DNA from: Octopus vulgaris
Lineage: Eukaryota
Assembly (NCBI GenBank): GCA_951406725.2
Contig: OX597814.1
Location: forward strand, 42,222,001 to 42,286,000
DNA length: 64,000 nt
Reading direction: 5' to 3'
Below are positions 43,911 through 59,300 of the stretch, in pieces (the stretch's first letter is position 1; the number at the start of each line of letters is the position of its first letter). Both the position numbers and the translations under genes were made by a program. Under the pieces are notes generated by a model. The model searched no databases. It had not been told where the DNA came from and saw nothing but the letters and a program-made list of their open reading frames with translations.

Positions 43911-45094
43911 GATGTATAGGTTTTCTTTTTTGTTTTTGAATATTCAACAAAAAAATTTCCAGACGTCTCGACGATTAACTTTGATTCAGAATATATGGTA
44001 TGTAATGTACCCATAAAGAAATTATTTATTTTCTTGAGCAGCAGTTTTAAAAACTAGAATCATGAACCTAGCAGTAGGCATAAACATAATTTAGAATTTT
44101 AAAACCACTTATTGTCTCAATGATAAGTATGTTCCACATATAGTGGAACTACCTAAGAACTAAGCTCTAAGTAATAACTGAAAGTGTATATAGACGTGGG
44201 TTTCCTTGAATTGATAGATATCAATAATATATAAAACATATAGCAATATATGCCTGGGATTTATCAGAGCGGAAATAAAGATATCGAAGCGAAAATTGTT
44301 TACATATTCTAGAATCGGAACTGACTTTCTCCAAAAATCTCAGTGATGATCATTAACGCAGCCTAAACATATATAAATATTCGCAGCGCAGCGCTCTCAT
44401 TCTTTATCTTTGTCTCTGCGTGTCTGTCTCCTTGTCTCCTCTTTCTTTCTCTTTACACATATGTGTGTATGTATGTGTGTGTGTGTGTATGTGTGTGTAC
44501 TTACAGATAAGCACACATACAATAATATACTCATATTTCTATGCACATCTGAAATATTTGTGCGTGCTCCATTAATCTGAATTTACTAGGCAGCGCTTGC
44601 TAACGTATCTAACAACGTATCTAGTTCCTATAATGTATAATAAAATAGAAAGCATGGGCCATCCCTGACACGAAATTTATAAAAGTAGCATAGCACGCAA
44701 GACTTCAAAACCAAAAACATCTTTACCGACAAGAATAGAGATTTACAAACGTATGCAGACATAAGTGTTGGTTTCAAGAGTGAATGAAAAAAAAAAACAG
44801 GGTTCGATTCCATATACCGCTAATTATATTTATCTGCGTTTATTGTCTCTCTTTTGTCTCTCTGTTTCTCTTTTTGTCTGTCGCTCCCTCACTCCCTGTG
44901 CTTCTCTCACTACATGTGCATATGCATGTGAATATTCTTCCGCAAATGCTTCTACACACATATATGTAGAGACATACATGCAAACATACATGCATTGATA
45001 TGTATATATGTATATGAGTTTGTATGTATGAATATTTGGGTACATATACATATTCATACATCATACATACATTTACATACATATATACACCGAC

Positions 45095-46222
45095 ATGACC
45101 CTCTGGCATAAGCCTATCACCCGGTATCGTCGAGTGTAGTCCAAGTGCCACTTGTTGCGTCTTTGTTTTGCAATGCTTCACCACTGTTCGTCGAATTTTT
45201 GCGATGGCTGAAACGAAAGAACAGCGTTCGTCTGTGAAAGACTGCATTCTGCTGGCGAAAACAGTGGCCGAAACAAATATCATGCTTCAAATCGCTGACA
45301 GGGACGCTGCCATTAGAAAATCACAAGTTTACGAGCGGTTTTAAAGTTTTAGGAATGGTCACTTACCGCTTGAAGTCCAACCTCCTTTAGGACAATCGTC
45401 GACCTCCTCCCGAACTCACGGAAACATCACGAAAATTTATGAGCTGATCTTGGTGGACCATCGCTGGTGAATTCACGAACTTGTAGATATGACGTGTCTG
45501 TTCTGGAGTCCCTGCCAATGAATTTCGATCCAGGAATTGCGAATGAAAATATTTGCAGCAAAATTTGTGCCTCTCTTGCTCAAGGTAAATTAAAAGCAAT
45601 CACGACTGGATGTGTGTCGTGAACTAAAAGAACAGTTATAAGTTCATCAATATATTGACCCAGAAACGAAAGAGCAATCAAGTCAGTGAAAGCATTCAAT
45701 ATTACCACGCTCCCGAAGAGCGCGTCAAGTGAAGTCCAATGTCATGACGATGCTGGTTTGTTTTATCTATGGAAAAAGAATTGTACTCACAAAATTTGTT
45801 CCTCCAGTTCAAACTGCCAGTTCTAAAGCGTTTGCAATACGCGGTGAGTAGAACATGCGACAACCTGTGACAATGTGGAAATAGTGTTTTCAACACGACA
45901 ATACGCCAGCGCACACTGCCTTGCGTGTGAGAGTTTTTGACCAAAAGTGGCTTGAGCCTGCTTACCCACCCTCCAAATACATCCGATATTACTTCCTCGA
46001 CCTTTTTTTTCTCTGCTCCAAACGAAAGAATGCTTAAAGAAAGCGTTAAACGTAATGACTTCGCAACAGTTCAAGGACAGCTTCAGGCAGTGGAAAATGC
46101 GTCTGGACCGACGCATTGCTTCAAATGGAGGATATTTTGAAGGCGATAAAAAGTGTAAACGTGTCTAAGTGAAATAATTACTATCGCAAAATTCCGCTTT
46201 CTTTTGGGTAACCCACCTCTTA
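45095..46222 (+). mobile_element. Degraded mariner transposon
   Basis: MAETKEQRSSVK..KTVAET..QVYERF from 45204; QHDNTPAH and HPPNTSDITSS; 3' TIR-like ttccgctttcttttgggtaacccacctc. Confidence 0.8.
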
Positions 46223-48149
46223 CACAGTGGAATTTCGTGTGTTGTTTGCATATCCATAATTAATTTATTACAAATTAAGGATAGGAAAATACTTTCAACC
46301 ATACTTTTAATAGCTATAATTATGCTATATATAATTTTAAATTTTGTTATATATGCCTATGTGATACAATATAGTTGAAATTTCCAGAGAAAATTAAGAG
46401 TTACGAAGGATTGAATGGACGTGGGGTTGGTGGCAACAGAACGTAGGACGCAATATAACGCCCTTTATTCAGAACGTTATGTTGAGAGACGTCTACTTTA
46501 ATGTGCAGTCTAACGACGCGAAGACTTCAGCCGCAATATATATAATCTCTTAAGAATGCCACATCCCATGGAGGGTTTAGATGCTTACTAAAGGACCTCG
46601 ATAACAGTCCCCCAAGACGATTATATGCGTTGATGAATTGTCTGTCAGCACTTATCTAGACTGACAGCAACAAACATCATTTGTATAATGTTCAAGGATA
46701 TTTCCATAGGTGTATCCAAAAGGATATCCTTCAATAAGCAAGGTTGGTGAAATTGCTCGTGTAGTCGGTCACATTTAGACTATGCAACAAATAATACTGG
46801 GTTAAAAATTACCAGTAGCGTTGATAAGCGACCAGATATCCACGCATATACATATTCGTAAATGCATGGACAAATATGTATTAAAAAAATAAAAGATTTA
46901 CACACTCACATATACACATACATACATATAAATCTATATGTAAAATGTTGAAAAGCTATTTAAAAATACATTATTTCATTTTAAATTTATTTCATTCATG
47001 CTTTGTCAAAGTTTTCACCGCACAAATGTCAAATAGCCCATGGTACAGTTTTAATGTCGCAGATCGAGAATTTGTAGATAAATCCATCGTATAAATTTAG
47101 GCTTATATTACATCTTAATTTATGGTTTTCATTTTGCATGAAGAAACATGTGCGGTTCCTCGTAATCATATATATGGAATTTGACACACGGCATCTAATG
47201 TCACAGACCTGAGCTAAATCGTTGAGGGGACAACTACTTCAATGTCCATTTCATAGTTTAGCATTTCATCATAGCGTTAACTGAAAACATTCTAATCACC
47301 GCCTCGGATAGGCGAAGGTGCAAGAATGTAAGAGCAGATGTTTTGCGATATTTCTGATAATGCATTGTGTTTTCACTTCACATAAAGTAAGTTTAGGTTG
47401 TGGAACTAATACGCTATTCGCTTTCAAACTTTCACTTGTCAGGTGGGGTGCCATTAACATACATCTCAAACCTCGTCATTCTTATTCGTGCTTGAACTTC
47501 ACTAACACACACACACATACAAACAAACTTTCACGCACATATATAAGGGCGTATCAGGATTATATATATATATATCAAGAGAAATATTCAGCTGAACGAA
47601 GTAAATATATGTAAGCACATATGAAATCATGAGAGGGAGGTAAACTATTAAACTAAGATTGTATAATAGCTTACAAATGTATATATATGCAGATATGTGT
47701 GTGTGTGTTTGTGTGTTTGTGAGTGAGTGTTTATGTGTGCCTGTGGTTGTGTGTGAATGTGTGTGAATTTGATATATTGCATTCACTACTCAGAAGGAAT
47801 TGTAATTTCATAGTTGTTGGAAAATAAGTACTTTCCAGGTATGCAAAGGAGTGTATATATCATATTTTACGTCTGGATATATTGGAACGCATTGGTCCAT
47901 GTTATATATTACTAGTTATATTTCACACAAAATCACTGGCGCTTAGAATAAAACTGTTTCTATCTGATATCATTCTAAATATATTTTTGACGTTATATTT
48001 CATAATAAGGTTTATGATAATCTGTCTGTGCAAATTTAACTTGCTTCAATATATCATTCCGTTCAATGTCTGTGTGTATGTGCGTATGCGTACACACGCG
48101 CACACAAACACATACGCCCACACATATATACATACATTTACATATATGC

Positions 48150-48213
<64 letters not shown>

Positions 48214-48261
48214 TTACATGCATACACATATACGTATATACATATATATATATATATAGTG

Positions 48262-50105
48262 AGAATTTACAAAAAAAAGAAGTCAGGCGTTTAAACAACA
48301 AAGAGATGTATTAGTTTAACGCTAGTGAAGGGAGAAAGTCTTTTACGTTTCGAGCTTACGCTCTTCGACAGAGAGGAACACAGATATAAACAGGGAGAGA
48401 AAGTAGAAAACGGTTTAGTGGCTAGCTATCTATTATGGCGAATGCCGGAAAGATGGGTCACACAGGTGGGCAAGGAAGAAGGGGAGATAACAAAGTAGTG
48501 TGGATCCCAAAACAAAGGTGTGAGTGGGAGGAAGTAGGTGAGAGAGAAATTGAGGAGATAGGAGGAGGGTTAGAAGATGAGGGAAGGAGATTTGAGCCCA
48601 TGTGGCGCAAAAGAGCGAAGAGAGAATATTTATCTCTGCTCACGATGAAGACAGGAGACCGGATGGACCTTGTGCAAGGACAATTTAAACACAGACAGAT
48701 TTTGTAAAGAGTGACTGGTAGGGTGAAATGGCGCTAGACCGGGTGTCATTGCCGAATCGGATGTATCCGAGGTGTTCCGCAAACCGGTCAGCCATCGCCG
48801 TCCCGTTTGACCGATGTATAGAGAAGGATAGAGAGAGTAGGCGATGCAGTAGATGACGTTGCTAGACGTGTAGGTGAAGGAGTCAGTGATATAATAGGGT
48901 CGGCGATGGGTGTCAGTGAGGAAGGATGTGTTGGAGAGGTAAGGGCAAGTGCGGCTGCGTGGGGGAAGCAGGGAAACGAGCCGGGTTGAGAGGTTGGGTT
49001 AGGGAAGAATCTGTGGTCCAAGAGGTCTCGTACGTTGTGGGTTCGTTAGAAGGAGGGGGTCGGTTAGAGAAGATGTGCGAAGTGGAGGGGACGGACTGGA
49101 GTCGCCGAAGGTTCGGAGAATGGTGCATTGGAGAGATAGGGTGGTCAGGTGGTAGGTGAGGTGAAACGGGGGACGGGTGTCGGTGGGTCTGGTGCTGAGG
49201 GAGAGAGATGTACGGTGTACGGAACGTGATCAGGCAATGGCGATGTGGAAAGTGGTGAGGAGAAATCTATGTAGCCTGAAGTGGCGAGCCATGCTTTGAG
49301 ACTGAGTCTAAAAGACATGGTTGTCAATGCAGAGCCAGCGTAGACGGAGGAATTGGGAATAGGGGATGGAGAGCTTTGTGTGTTTGGGGTTGGAGGAGAA
49401 GTTGAGGTATGAGTGTGAGTCTGTGTGTTTGTAGTGGAGGGAAGTGTTGAGAGTGGAGTGATGAATGCTGACCGAAATGTCGAGAAATGCGACTGAGGTG
49501 TCGGAAATAGTGCAGGAGAAGTGTAGGGCAGGATGGAAAGACTTGACAAAAGAGAAGAAAGAGTTTAACTGTTCGCGGGAGAGTGAGGTCGCACTGATAC
49601 ATTCGTCAATATAACGACCACATAGTTCAGGAGTGGGACCAGGGAAACTGGGGAATATTTGGGCCTCAACGTAGCCAAGGAACAGCGATACCTGCTAGTA
49701 AAACTCAGCCGCGAATGAGAAACTGTTAAATAAGAGGACAAGTTTGGCCAGACGAAGGAATATGGACGTGTTAGGTTGGGTACTGGGTCGAAGGTCAAGG
49801 CTATGCCGGAGTGCACGCAGCCCCTCGTGGTGAGGGATCACTGTGTATATACTCTTGATGTCAAGAGTGAAGAGAAGTTTAGAGGGGTCAGGTGGGAAGG
49901 AGAAAGAGTTGAACAAATGAAAAGCATGGTTGGTGTCATGGATGTGAGAGTGGAGGGAAGCCAGGAGGGGGCAAGGTCACGATCAAGATATCTGGAGATG
50001 AGATCGGTGGGGCAGATGCCATCGGAGAGGATGGTGCGGCCAGGGTTGTTAAGGTTGTAGATTTTGGAGAGGAAGTAAATTGTGGCAATGCGAGGGGTGC
50101 GGACA
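48262..50105 (-). mobile_element. Penelope-like retroelement relic (RT plus GIY-YIG), internally deleted
   Basis: YFLSKIY..PGRTILS; LFTLDIKSIYTVIPHHEGL..LVLLFNSFSF; YIGQTGR/DRFAEHL (~48820-48770); TCGAAGAG..CTCGAAAC near the 3' end. Confidence 0.85.
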
Positions 50106-51170
50106 TATTTATATATGCATGTGTAGGTATGTGCGTGTGTAGCATCCTTCATATAATGTTTTCAAAGTAATGAAGACCAGTTTGTAATGGAAGTGACATC
50201 CCCTTTCCTCTTTCTTTGATGACATTACATACCCATGACGAAGATTTTTTCTCCTTCTACCTCCAGTAAACCAATCTCTGTTTGTTTCGCCATTCATACT
50301 TTGTCAATCAAATATAGCAGCATGTGTCTTTTAGCAACTACCGACATTCCACTTCTCCGGGAATAACAGCAAATATCTCTCTTGTACCTAATATGGCGAT
50401 ATTTTCTTAGAAAACTCATGTGAGGCGGATTGTTCACGACTCTCATAATTCAAGTTTATATTATTGTGGGACCACTGTATATTGCTTTAATGAATGATGG
50501 TTTCTTTATTATATCATTTCACTATATAATGTCGATGGATTTGTGAGGAACGCAAACACGTTCTTCAAATCAGCTTGCACTTTCAATCATTGCGACATGC
50601 ACAAATCTGGTTATCGGCTTTTCTTTGTTTACATTTCTCTTTTGCCCTTTCCCACTCACCTTCTAGAATACAACAGGCTCCAGCTCTCTGTTGCTTCTCA
50701 TTTCATTGACAAATCTGCTTTGTTGTTTTACTGTGTGTTTAAGCGTTTTATTCCGAAGCTGCAAAATGAACTGAAACAAATGACATGTGTATTCTATGCG
50801 TTGTGTCACCATGACATTCATTTCAATGTATAAAGCAACAATGATGTTTAATTCCATTATGAAACAAATGCGTGAATCAGTTAAAATTTCCTAACATTTC
50901 TTCTATCAGGTTTCTGTAATTTTTCTGTTTTAATACTCTCTTCGGTCTAATTGAGTTAATGGAATTATGTTCGTCCACGTGACCCAAAGACTAAATATTA
51001 ACACGAGATATTAAAATGATAAACCTGCCGGCAAATACCCCTTAAATAGATAACTAAATGTCATGTGTAAGCATACATATTTAATGACATTTAGAGTTTT
51101 CCCTTTTGGTAAAACATTGCACACTGATCTCGATATAAATTATATATATATATGTGAACGTATGTGTGTG

Positions 51171-51218
<48 letters not shown>

Positions 51219-51239
51219 TGTGTGTGTGTTGTGTGTTTA

Positions 51240-51471
51240 TAAGCAACAAGGTGCATTGAACTTTGTACTTGAATCTCTGGGAATGAACTGGTAAAGCAAA
51301 TTAAATCCACTAGCTGTAGTTGTTGTTTACTGAAGTGCATGAACAAAAATGTGATCAAGTACGCCATAGCCACATCTGATAGAGATAGCATCACAATCTC
51401 TTTTCAGATCCCGTCATGCACACTTGTCGCAGTGTCTTTGACGGTATATACCAATGTCTACTGATTAATAT
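51240..51471 (-). pseudogene. Spacer end plus TSP1 pseudo-exon
   Basis: ttttgcag| ..WYIP.. SIRCGYGV (51383-51360), QLVDLICFTSSFPEIQVQS, NAPC. Confidence 0.6.
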
Positions 51472-52866
51472 CTGCAAAACTGCAGTTACTACCTTTTACA
51501 AGACTTAGAATCATGCATCACAACCAGCTAAACAATAAATTAATTTATTTAAAATTTATTCTAACGCACTTAACAATGATTAATCATTTGAATAGAGGAA
51601 TATATTCTCCTCACTGTGGATTAAAGCTAACAACATACGATGACCTATTATGCATGTTGGAAAAGTAGCCTGACGACACAGCATGATAGCCTGCCAGTTA
51701 CAGCATATCACATTGAAATCTTTGATAGATTTGTATTGTATTTGGAAAAGTATACTTTTCTCGCAATGTTGTAGAGCCATTGAACAAATTCAGCAATATA
51801 CTTCAAAATTTGCTCTTCATTTATTTATTGTTAGTTCTTTGGATAAATTAAAGACCATCAACCAGTTGTGAGTGAGAATCACATTATCTTAGTTTAGACA
51901 ACTCTTTAGAAGAAGATATCTCATAGACCACCTGCAAGTTTGTCTGCACCCAATGATGTAGATTAGTTCTTGTTGATAAAGAGCAGGCATTGGTTAGAGA
52001 GCAAAGATATTCTGTTATGATCAACGTTACATATTTGAAGATCTCAACAGTTGAGGTTTAAAAAAAACAGTCTTTTCATGTAAAATTTATATAATTGTAC
52101 CACAAAATATCTTGATTTGATGTCCGCATGTATTTGCCATACACAAAACTATCCTTTCCCTTTCGCTTTCTTTCTACACTTAGTTGTGCAGCAAAAGTCG
52201 ATTTATCACTCTTCCATATCCGCGCTCTCTTTCACTTTCACTTATTGCATCTGGAGTATTGTTATATACATGACTGCATTTTGTGCAAGACGAAAGGCGT
52301 TGTAAATAAAATTTTTAAATCCTAAATCGCTCCTTTCAATACATTCCTCCGATCTACGATTTATATGCTATGTTTTTCAAATAATTTTGCGATGTCTTCT
52401 TAATTTTCATTTTTATACCACAAATTTAATGGATTAATGATTTGAATTTTCAATTTTATTTCTATTTGTTACTCTGTTGGGAAGATTACAATATAATTAT
52501 TGTACTACATTTGGTTGTGTATAATTTGATTGCGATAAAATTAAAATTATAATTAAATATTCCAAAGACTATTAAAGAATATTTTCACCATGCTTACACG
52601 AGCTTTCAGAATTTATTTGCAATTCTTTTCTTTATTTCTTTAAATATTATTGTTCGATTTATGAGCGTTAATATTTTTGGATTAATTCACATTTAATGTT
52701 ATATGACTAAAGAATTCTCATCACCCAGTGTCGTTTAAAACTACATTGTTTTAAACAGAGGGAATTTGAAATATATATTTCAGAATGTTAAATCAGTAAA
52801 AAGATTTACAAAACAGCAAATATCAATAAGGATTTTAAAGATGCCAGCAAAATGGGCGTTTTATTA

Positions 52867-54092
52867 TTAGGTGGTCATGAAAGTCATTGCGGAATTTTAA
52901 ATTTTGGTTTTAAATTATGTATTTTCAAATTAATTTTTGTTAAATTATTATGACATTATATATCATTCTAAATCCCGTTTTCGCTCTATCTGATCAAGCT
53001 ATTCTGTTTCTTTATGAATAATTAGGCCATTTTTCCCGGAAAGTTGAAGGCAACATGGACAAAAAGCAAATTCGCACAATTTTCTTATTCCAGCTTGCGA
53101 TATCAACGATGCGTTTGGCCTAGTAACCGCTAATGAACGTACAGCAAAATGGTGGTTCAAAATTTGTCGTAGCGGTGAGGAGAGTATTGATGATAATAAG
53201 CGTAGTGGTTGACAACGATCAACTATAAGCTTTACTCAAAGCTAATCCACGAACAACTATTCGAGAGCTTGATTCTGAATTAGATGTACGGTACACGACA
53301 ATTTCCAACCACTTGAAAGAGATTGGAAAAACAAAAATAATTGAGAAATGGGTGCCGCACGAATTAAACGACAACCAAAAAAAAAACAAAGGGCCATTTT
53401 GAGGAGTCATTTTCCCTTCTTTTACACAAGAACGAGCCGTTTCTCGAACGAATTGTAACTTGCGATGAAAAATGGATTCTTTACAACTACCGGCGACGCT
53501 CAGCTCACTGGTTGGACGCCGACGAAGCCCCACAGCAGTTCCCGAAGCCAAAGTTACACCAAAAGAAGGTTATGGTGATTGTTTGGTGGTCTCCGGCCGG
53601 TCTCATCCATCACAACTTTTTGGATCGAGACGAAACCATTACGGCGGAGAAGCACTGTCAGCAAATGGATGAAATACATAAGAATCTCCGACAACAGCTG
53701 TCAGCAATGGTCAATAGAAAAGACCAATTCTTCTCCACGACAACACTCACCGCACATCGCACAACTGACCCTGCAGAAGTTGAACGAATTGGGCTACGAA
53801 ACTTTGCCTCATCCACCATACTCACCAGACTTCTCGTCTACCGACTACCTCTTTCTCAACTTCCTGCGTGAGAAATGTTTCAAAAAGCAAGACGATGCCA
53901 AACACGCCTTCAACGACTTCATCGCCAGCAGAAGACAGGATTTTTACGCTACTGGCATAAATAAACTTTTTTCGCATTGGCAAAAGTATATTGATTCTGA
54001 GGGTGTTTATTTCAATTGATAAAGTTTTGAGCCGAGATATGTGCATCTGAATTTAAAGGTTAAAAACAGCAATAACTTTCTTGACAACCAAA
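52867..54092 (+). mobile_element. Near full-length mariner with TIRs and TA flanks; transposase frameshifted
   Basis: TA|TTAGGTGGTCATGAAAGTCATTGC pairs with GCAATAACTTTCTTGACAACCAAA|TA; WVPHEL, IVTCDEKW, HPPYSPDFSSTDY. Confidence 0.92.
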
Positions 54093-55461
54093 TACTTTCG
54101 GCCAGGGAAATTTTAATTAGTACTACACTTAGCAACTTAGTCGTCTTAATCTAATATGTCCTTAGAATTTGTGAATATTCCATTGTGAATATAAGGTATG
54201 TATTTCATATATAATATTAAACATATATATGATTGTCAACTGTTGCTGTATAACGTAACTTACGTACGCATATACGTAGCCGAGGTATAAAGCCTCCTTT
54301 CGACTTCACATCATAAATTTGTCTCTCAGTTTTAAGCATGTCTGTAACTATCAACATCTAATTCATGAAGAAAGCATTCCAGATAACTCTATACCATTAT
54401 GTTATCATATACCATCATGTTAAGTTTGTGTTATGTTATAATCTCTAAGTGGGAAAGAATAAATATAAAACTTTCGAATTTTGTCTCTGCTCACCTGTGT
54501 TAAACCAATTTTTCATAAATAATCATCGGTACTTATTTTAAATAATTCGAATTCCAGTTTGCTGCAACAAACCTTCCTTAAGAATAATTGGTTTAATGGA
54601 AATTGATATTCTCGTTACGGTGGCCTATCCAAGTGGTTATAAATTCATTTCGAATGCATGAATCATATCACCGCATTAATATTGTTATATAATTTTATTC
54701 TTCATAACGGAGGCGCTTTTGAGAAATATACGATTGTAATATGTTATTCGGTTCATGTCACAAAGAATATTCCACTCCCAGCTTCATATTTCATCCAAAC
54801 ATTAATCTATCAAGTTAGGACGTCGGACAAAATATTTAGCGCGATTATTTTATGACATATTGTGTGTTGGGCCCAAATCCCACCGTAGTCAACATTGGGT
54901 CTCATCTTTCGTGGTCGATAAAATAAGAACCATTTAAACGCTGCAGGCGATGTATTTGCATATTCCTAGACTTTGAAAATTCATTGTCCCGTACAAATTG
55001 TTTTTTTTTTTTATAAAATATGTTATTATAGAGGGCATCGAAAAAAGTATTTTGAAGATATATAAAATTTACATATCCTCCACCATTTGCAATAGCTTTA
55101 CAAATTTCGTTTTGCATTAGCGCAAGTTGCATTTCTAAATCATTCTCAAAGCTTCACAAGGTGTAAGATATCCAATGTTTATAGATTTAAGTAAAGTTAA
55201 CAGATGCTGGCAACTAACTTAAGGCAAATTGAAAGTTTTACTAAACTGAAATTGTGAACTTGTTTAAAGTAAAGCGAGACCATATCATTCGGTAGCAAGG
55301 AAATGACAAAACGATGATTTTTAATGCTCCTTTCGTCTTATGCGTGTCTATCTATGTACATATCTAACTCTATGCACACACACGCATGGTGACATACATG
55401 CAGAAACAAACACACAGACACACATACACACACACTTATATATATATATATAAATAAATAT

Positions 55462-55534
<73 letters not shown>

Positions 55535-55696
55535 ACAAAAAGAGGAGCATATTTCCACGCAGGAAAGAATATAGGCAGAGTTATTGTTGGGAATGCAGCT
55601 AAAATTGTAAAACTTGTAATATATAAATTCCAAACTAGTTTCAACAATAGTTTTGGTTTTTAGGTGTATTTTCAACAACAAATTTGACTATGTATG

Positions 55697-55760
<64 letters not shown>

Positions 55761-55804
55761 CATACGTACACATGTACCTATGCATATATATATATTGAAT
55801 TAAG

Positions 55805-55859
<55 letters not shown>

Positions 55860-56126
55860 ATTAAACAATCGATGCATGCATATCCATTTTTACTTTCTCC
55901 CTCCTTCCCTCTCTTTTTCTCACTTTCTTTTCGTCTTTCCTTTTTTTCCATTCCTCATTCTACGGATGACTCTACCACACCTGGCCACGTACTATACTTG
56001 TCTAGAAGTCAACTTAAATTACTTCGACCATATATAAAGTCATTCCATTAAAAACCTTATATTGTGATACGTCTTGCCTGTGGGAGATTTTCCCTAAGAG
56101 ACGAAATTTCTATGCATATATATATA

Positions 56127-56201
56127 TAGATAGATGGATAGATGGATGGATGGATAGATGGATGGATGAAGGGATAGATAGATAGATAAATAGATAGATA
56201 T

Positions 56202-56242
<41 letters not shown>

Positions 56243-56268
56243 GAGATGAGAGAGAGAGATTGATAGAG

Positions 56269-56326
<58 letters not shown>
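56127..56326. repeat. (GATA)n/(GATG)n microsatellite
   Basis: Direct reading; another (GATA)n at 63367-63432. Confidence 0.95.
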
Positions 56327-56327
<1 letters not shown>

Positions 56328-59300
56328 CAAATGTGTCTAAGGGGATTCTGATCAGCCAATTACTACTTGAAATGTGATTTTGCTGTTCATTTCGTTTGAT
56401 AATATTCTCCTATTCTCCTTTAACCTTTTAGTTTTCAGCCCATTTTCATAATCGGCAATTGTTCAATGTAGAGTTTTGATGCATATGATTAATTCAGAGA
56501 CTTGCAACGGATTGGCTCACTTTCTGATCATTCAAACTACTAGCGAATACTTATATAATTGCCATGAATAATCAGCTTCGACACAATATGCGCGCGTGAA
56601 TGTTTAAGTGTGGGTAATGCTGTTTCTTTCCGTGTGTATCTATAATTATACATAAATGCGGTTATGTATGTTGAGTTAGTCTTTGTTTTTGTTTGGGTCA
56701 TATAGCGATTTTTTTCCTTTGAATACCTGATAGATGTGACATTTACTGACCTCTGGAATTCTGTACGATTCATCTCTGTTAGAGTTAAGACGAATTCATA
56801 TGAGTAATCTCATATATTTTAAACAAGACGAGAAGTAACTGACATTTGTATTTCTGTCAATAAGGAATTGTAGCACTTTATGCATCCCGTTATGATTTGT
56901 TCATTTAAATAGAGCTAATATTGAGATCTGCTAAATCCTTTGTGTATATCTACGTGGTATTATATTTTGTACAGAATTACTGTTTTTTTTTTATTGGTTT
57001 TGTTTATCAGTAAGAGAATGAATATCGGAACAATGTAGCTTGTTGAGCAAGAAATTGGGCGAGTTCCTTTTGTCTTCATATGAAACTCTAAAACTATTTA
57101 AGATATGTGTATTATATCTAATCTAAAAGCCCCAATAATATGTCATGTTAATTACCATCATAACAAAATAAACATGCGTTATAACATTATTTGCTGTTTA
57201 ACATAAAACAAAATTCCCATTTGTCATATTTCTATTATTTCCTCATTATTGAGGAGCATTCTATCTAACTACTAATGAGTCTTTCGTTAGTGTGAGTGAG
57301 AACAAAGCATCTATCTTCTAATTGCATTGTCAAACTTTGTGAATGGACCTTAATGTTTATGAGTATAGTAATTTCCTCGTTACATAGCTATATAAGCCAT
57401 TTAATATAATACATTAAACAATTAAACATATTTTCATTTATGAGGTGTCAAAATACTTGTCGCACAAGACACTTCGCAAGAATCATGATTATATAATTAA
57501 AGTTTCTTTCACAAAGGTCGAGCATCACCGTAAGGCATAGGCACCTGGTCAATTTCCTACGGTTTTTACTGGTCTGGGATCCCAAGTCTGATCTATGTAT
57601 GTCATAACGTACTCTCAATATTATTATGACCCAGTGCATTGATTTATTGCTAAGACAACTCTGTACAAACATGTGTTATCTTTTCTTTCTTCTTCCCATT
57701 TTGATTCCTGATGAACGTAGAGACACTGAAATAATTTGCATTTTTCTTGACTAACACTGAAATTATGACATTTGTTACTTGTCTGTCACCGATATTAATT
57801 TTCGTTTTCCATATTTATAATTGCGTACAAAATTGCATATATTATTCCAACAATTCCCTCTTTCTCTCATAGCTTCTTTATGTTCAAGATATCACATTTT
57901 GAATATATTCCTATTGTGCCTAATATCTATTTCTATAAAATATTTTAGACTGTGCATCAGCTAATCTCGAAATAATGTAGAATAACTTTTTATATATCAG
58001 TCACAATGAATACATTTGCAATTAGATATACTTAGCAATAATGACAAATTATTTATAAAACAATTTAACATTAAACTGAACAATCGTGACTTTTACAATA
58101 TAAAATTTGACGGCAACTACAAGATTTCGTCTGCCGCAACTTCATAATTCTGATCTGCGCTATGATGCTTCGTGTTCCAAGGATGAGAATGGAATGATGC
58201 ATCGCTTCATATTGTGTTTTTTTAGCTTCTCTTTGAAGATCGAAGCGTGGCCTTCCAACTGACCTTCCTTTTGGGAAATTTAAATTTATAATGATAGTTT
58301 CAGAATTTAATGGAATAGATTATTTTATGCACTTGGTGGTAGAAAAACAATTCTTTATTGGTTCAGGAAGCACTCATATTACTGACAATCCATATTAAAT
58401 TTTAACTGATACGATATAAATCGACAAATTTCAAAGGAATTGAAAGACAGTGGATGATTAGTAATATCCTCAGCTGTTATTTTACATCTGTAAACCAGGC
58501 TTAATTAAATGCATTGACATTCAAGTGGGTATACAAAATTGCTTATTCAGTTACAATAATGCTTCTTAACATTAACACTTGATCCCAACGCTATCCGTCC
58601 GCTACAAAACCATGCCTATGTCACATCACAATGCTAAGAGAAAATTATTTCAACTCAACACTCCATGCTCTCTTTAACATCATCTCAAGACAAATAGAAG
58701 GAAAATTCCCATTATATTCAGGAAGTTTCTAGATTAATAGCTCCAAACAAATTCCATGTAAATGACTAACACCCGTATATAGCTTTGCAAACAATAACGC
58801 TTTACTCGAACGTGCTATGGTGCCCCAAAATTGACTATAATATGAAACATCATTAACTATCCTTTATAGGTGGTGCTATCGCGTCAGATATGTACATCGG
58901 TTACTGTGTATATATTTTTCTTTCCGTTCGTGTTCTTGATTATGTGTTTATATTTTTAAACATGTGAATTTCTACGTGTTCATTAGATTGTTTGTAACGA
59001 TGATTATTCGAAAATATAGCGTTTCCTATTAAAAAAAATTTTGTTGAGACCTAAAATATTACTGCTCTGTTAATTGGATTTTTAATTTATTTCTTTGACA
59101 TAGCATTTCAGTATGCATATTTCTCTTCCCTTGTTACGATGCTTGGCTTTGATTTATCCATGCCCCTTAGTTCATCTTTATGTACATCAATTATGTTGAA
59201 AGGATAAAGAACCAGAGTTTTTAACCTAAATTTAAATATTTAAGAAAATGTGCTTTTTGCCATATCACAAAGTGTGAGTAGATAATTAGACTTAATAAAC

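Noticed and set aside
50160-50480. Possible Tc1/pogo end (minus-strand TACAGTGGTCCCC)
   Set aside because: No partner TIR or transposase motif found.
53512-54019. Intact or domesticated mariner transposase (SETMAR-like)
   Set aside because: Multiple frameshifts and stops, TIRs retained, no fused domain.
59130-59200. Candidate remnant of the ADAMTS zinc-binding exon
   Set aside because: The position fits, but no HExxH can be read; too degenerate to call.
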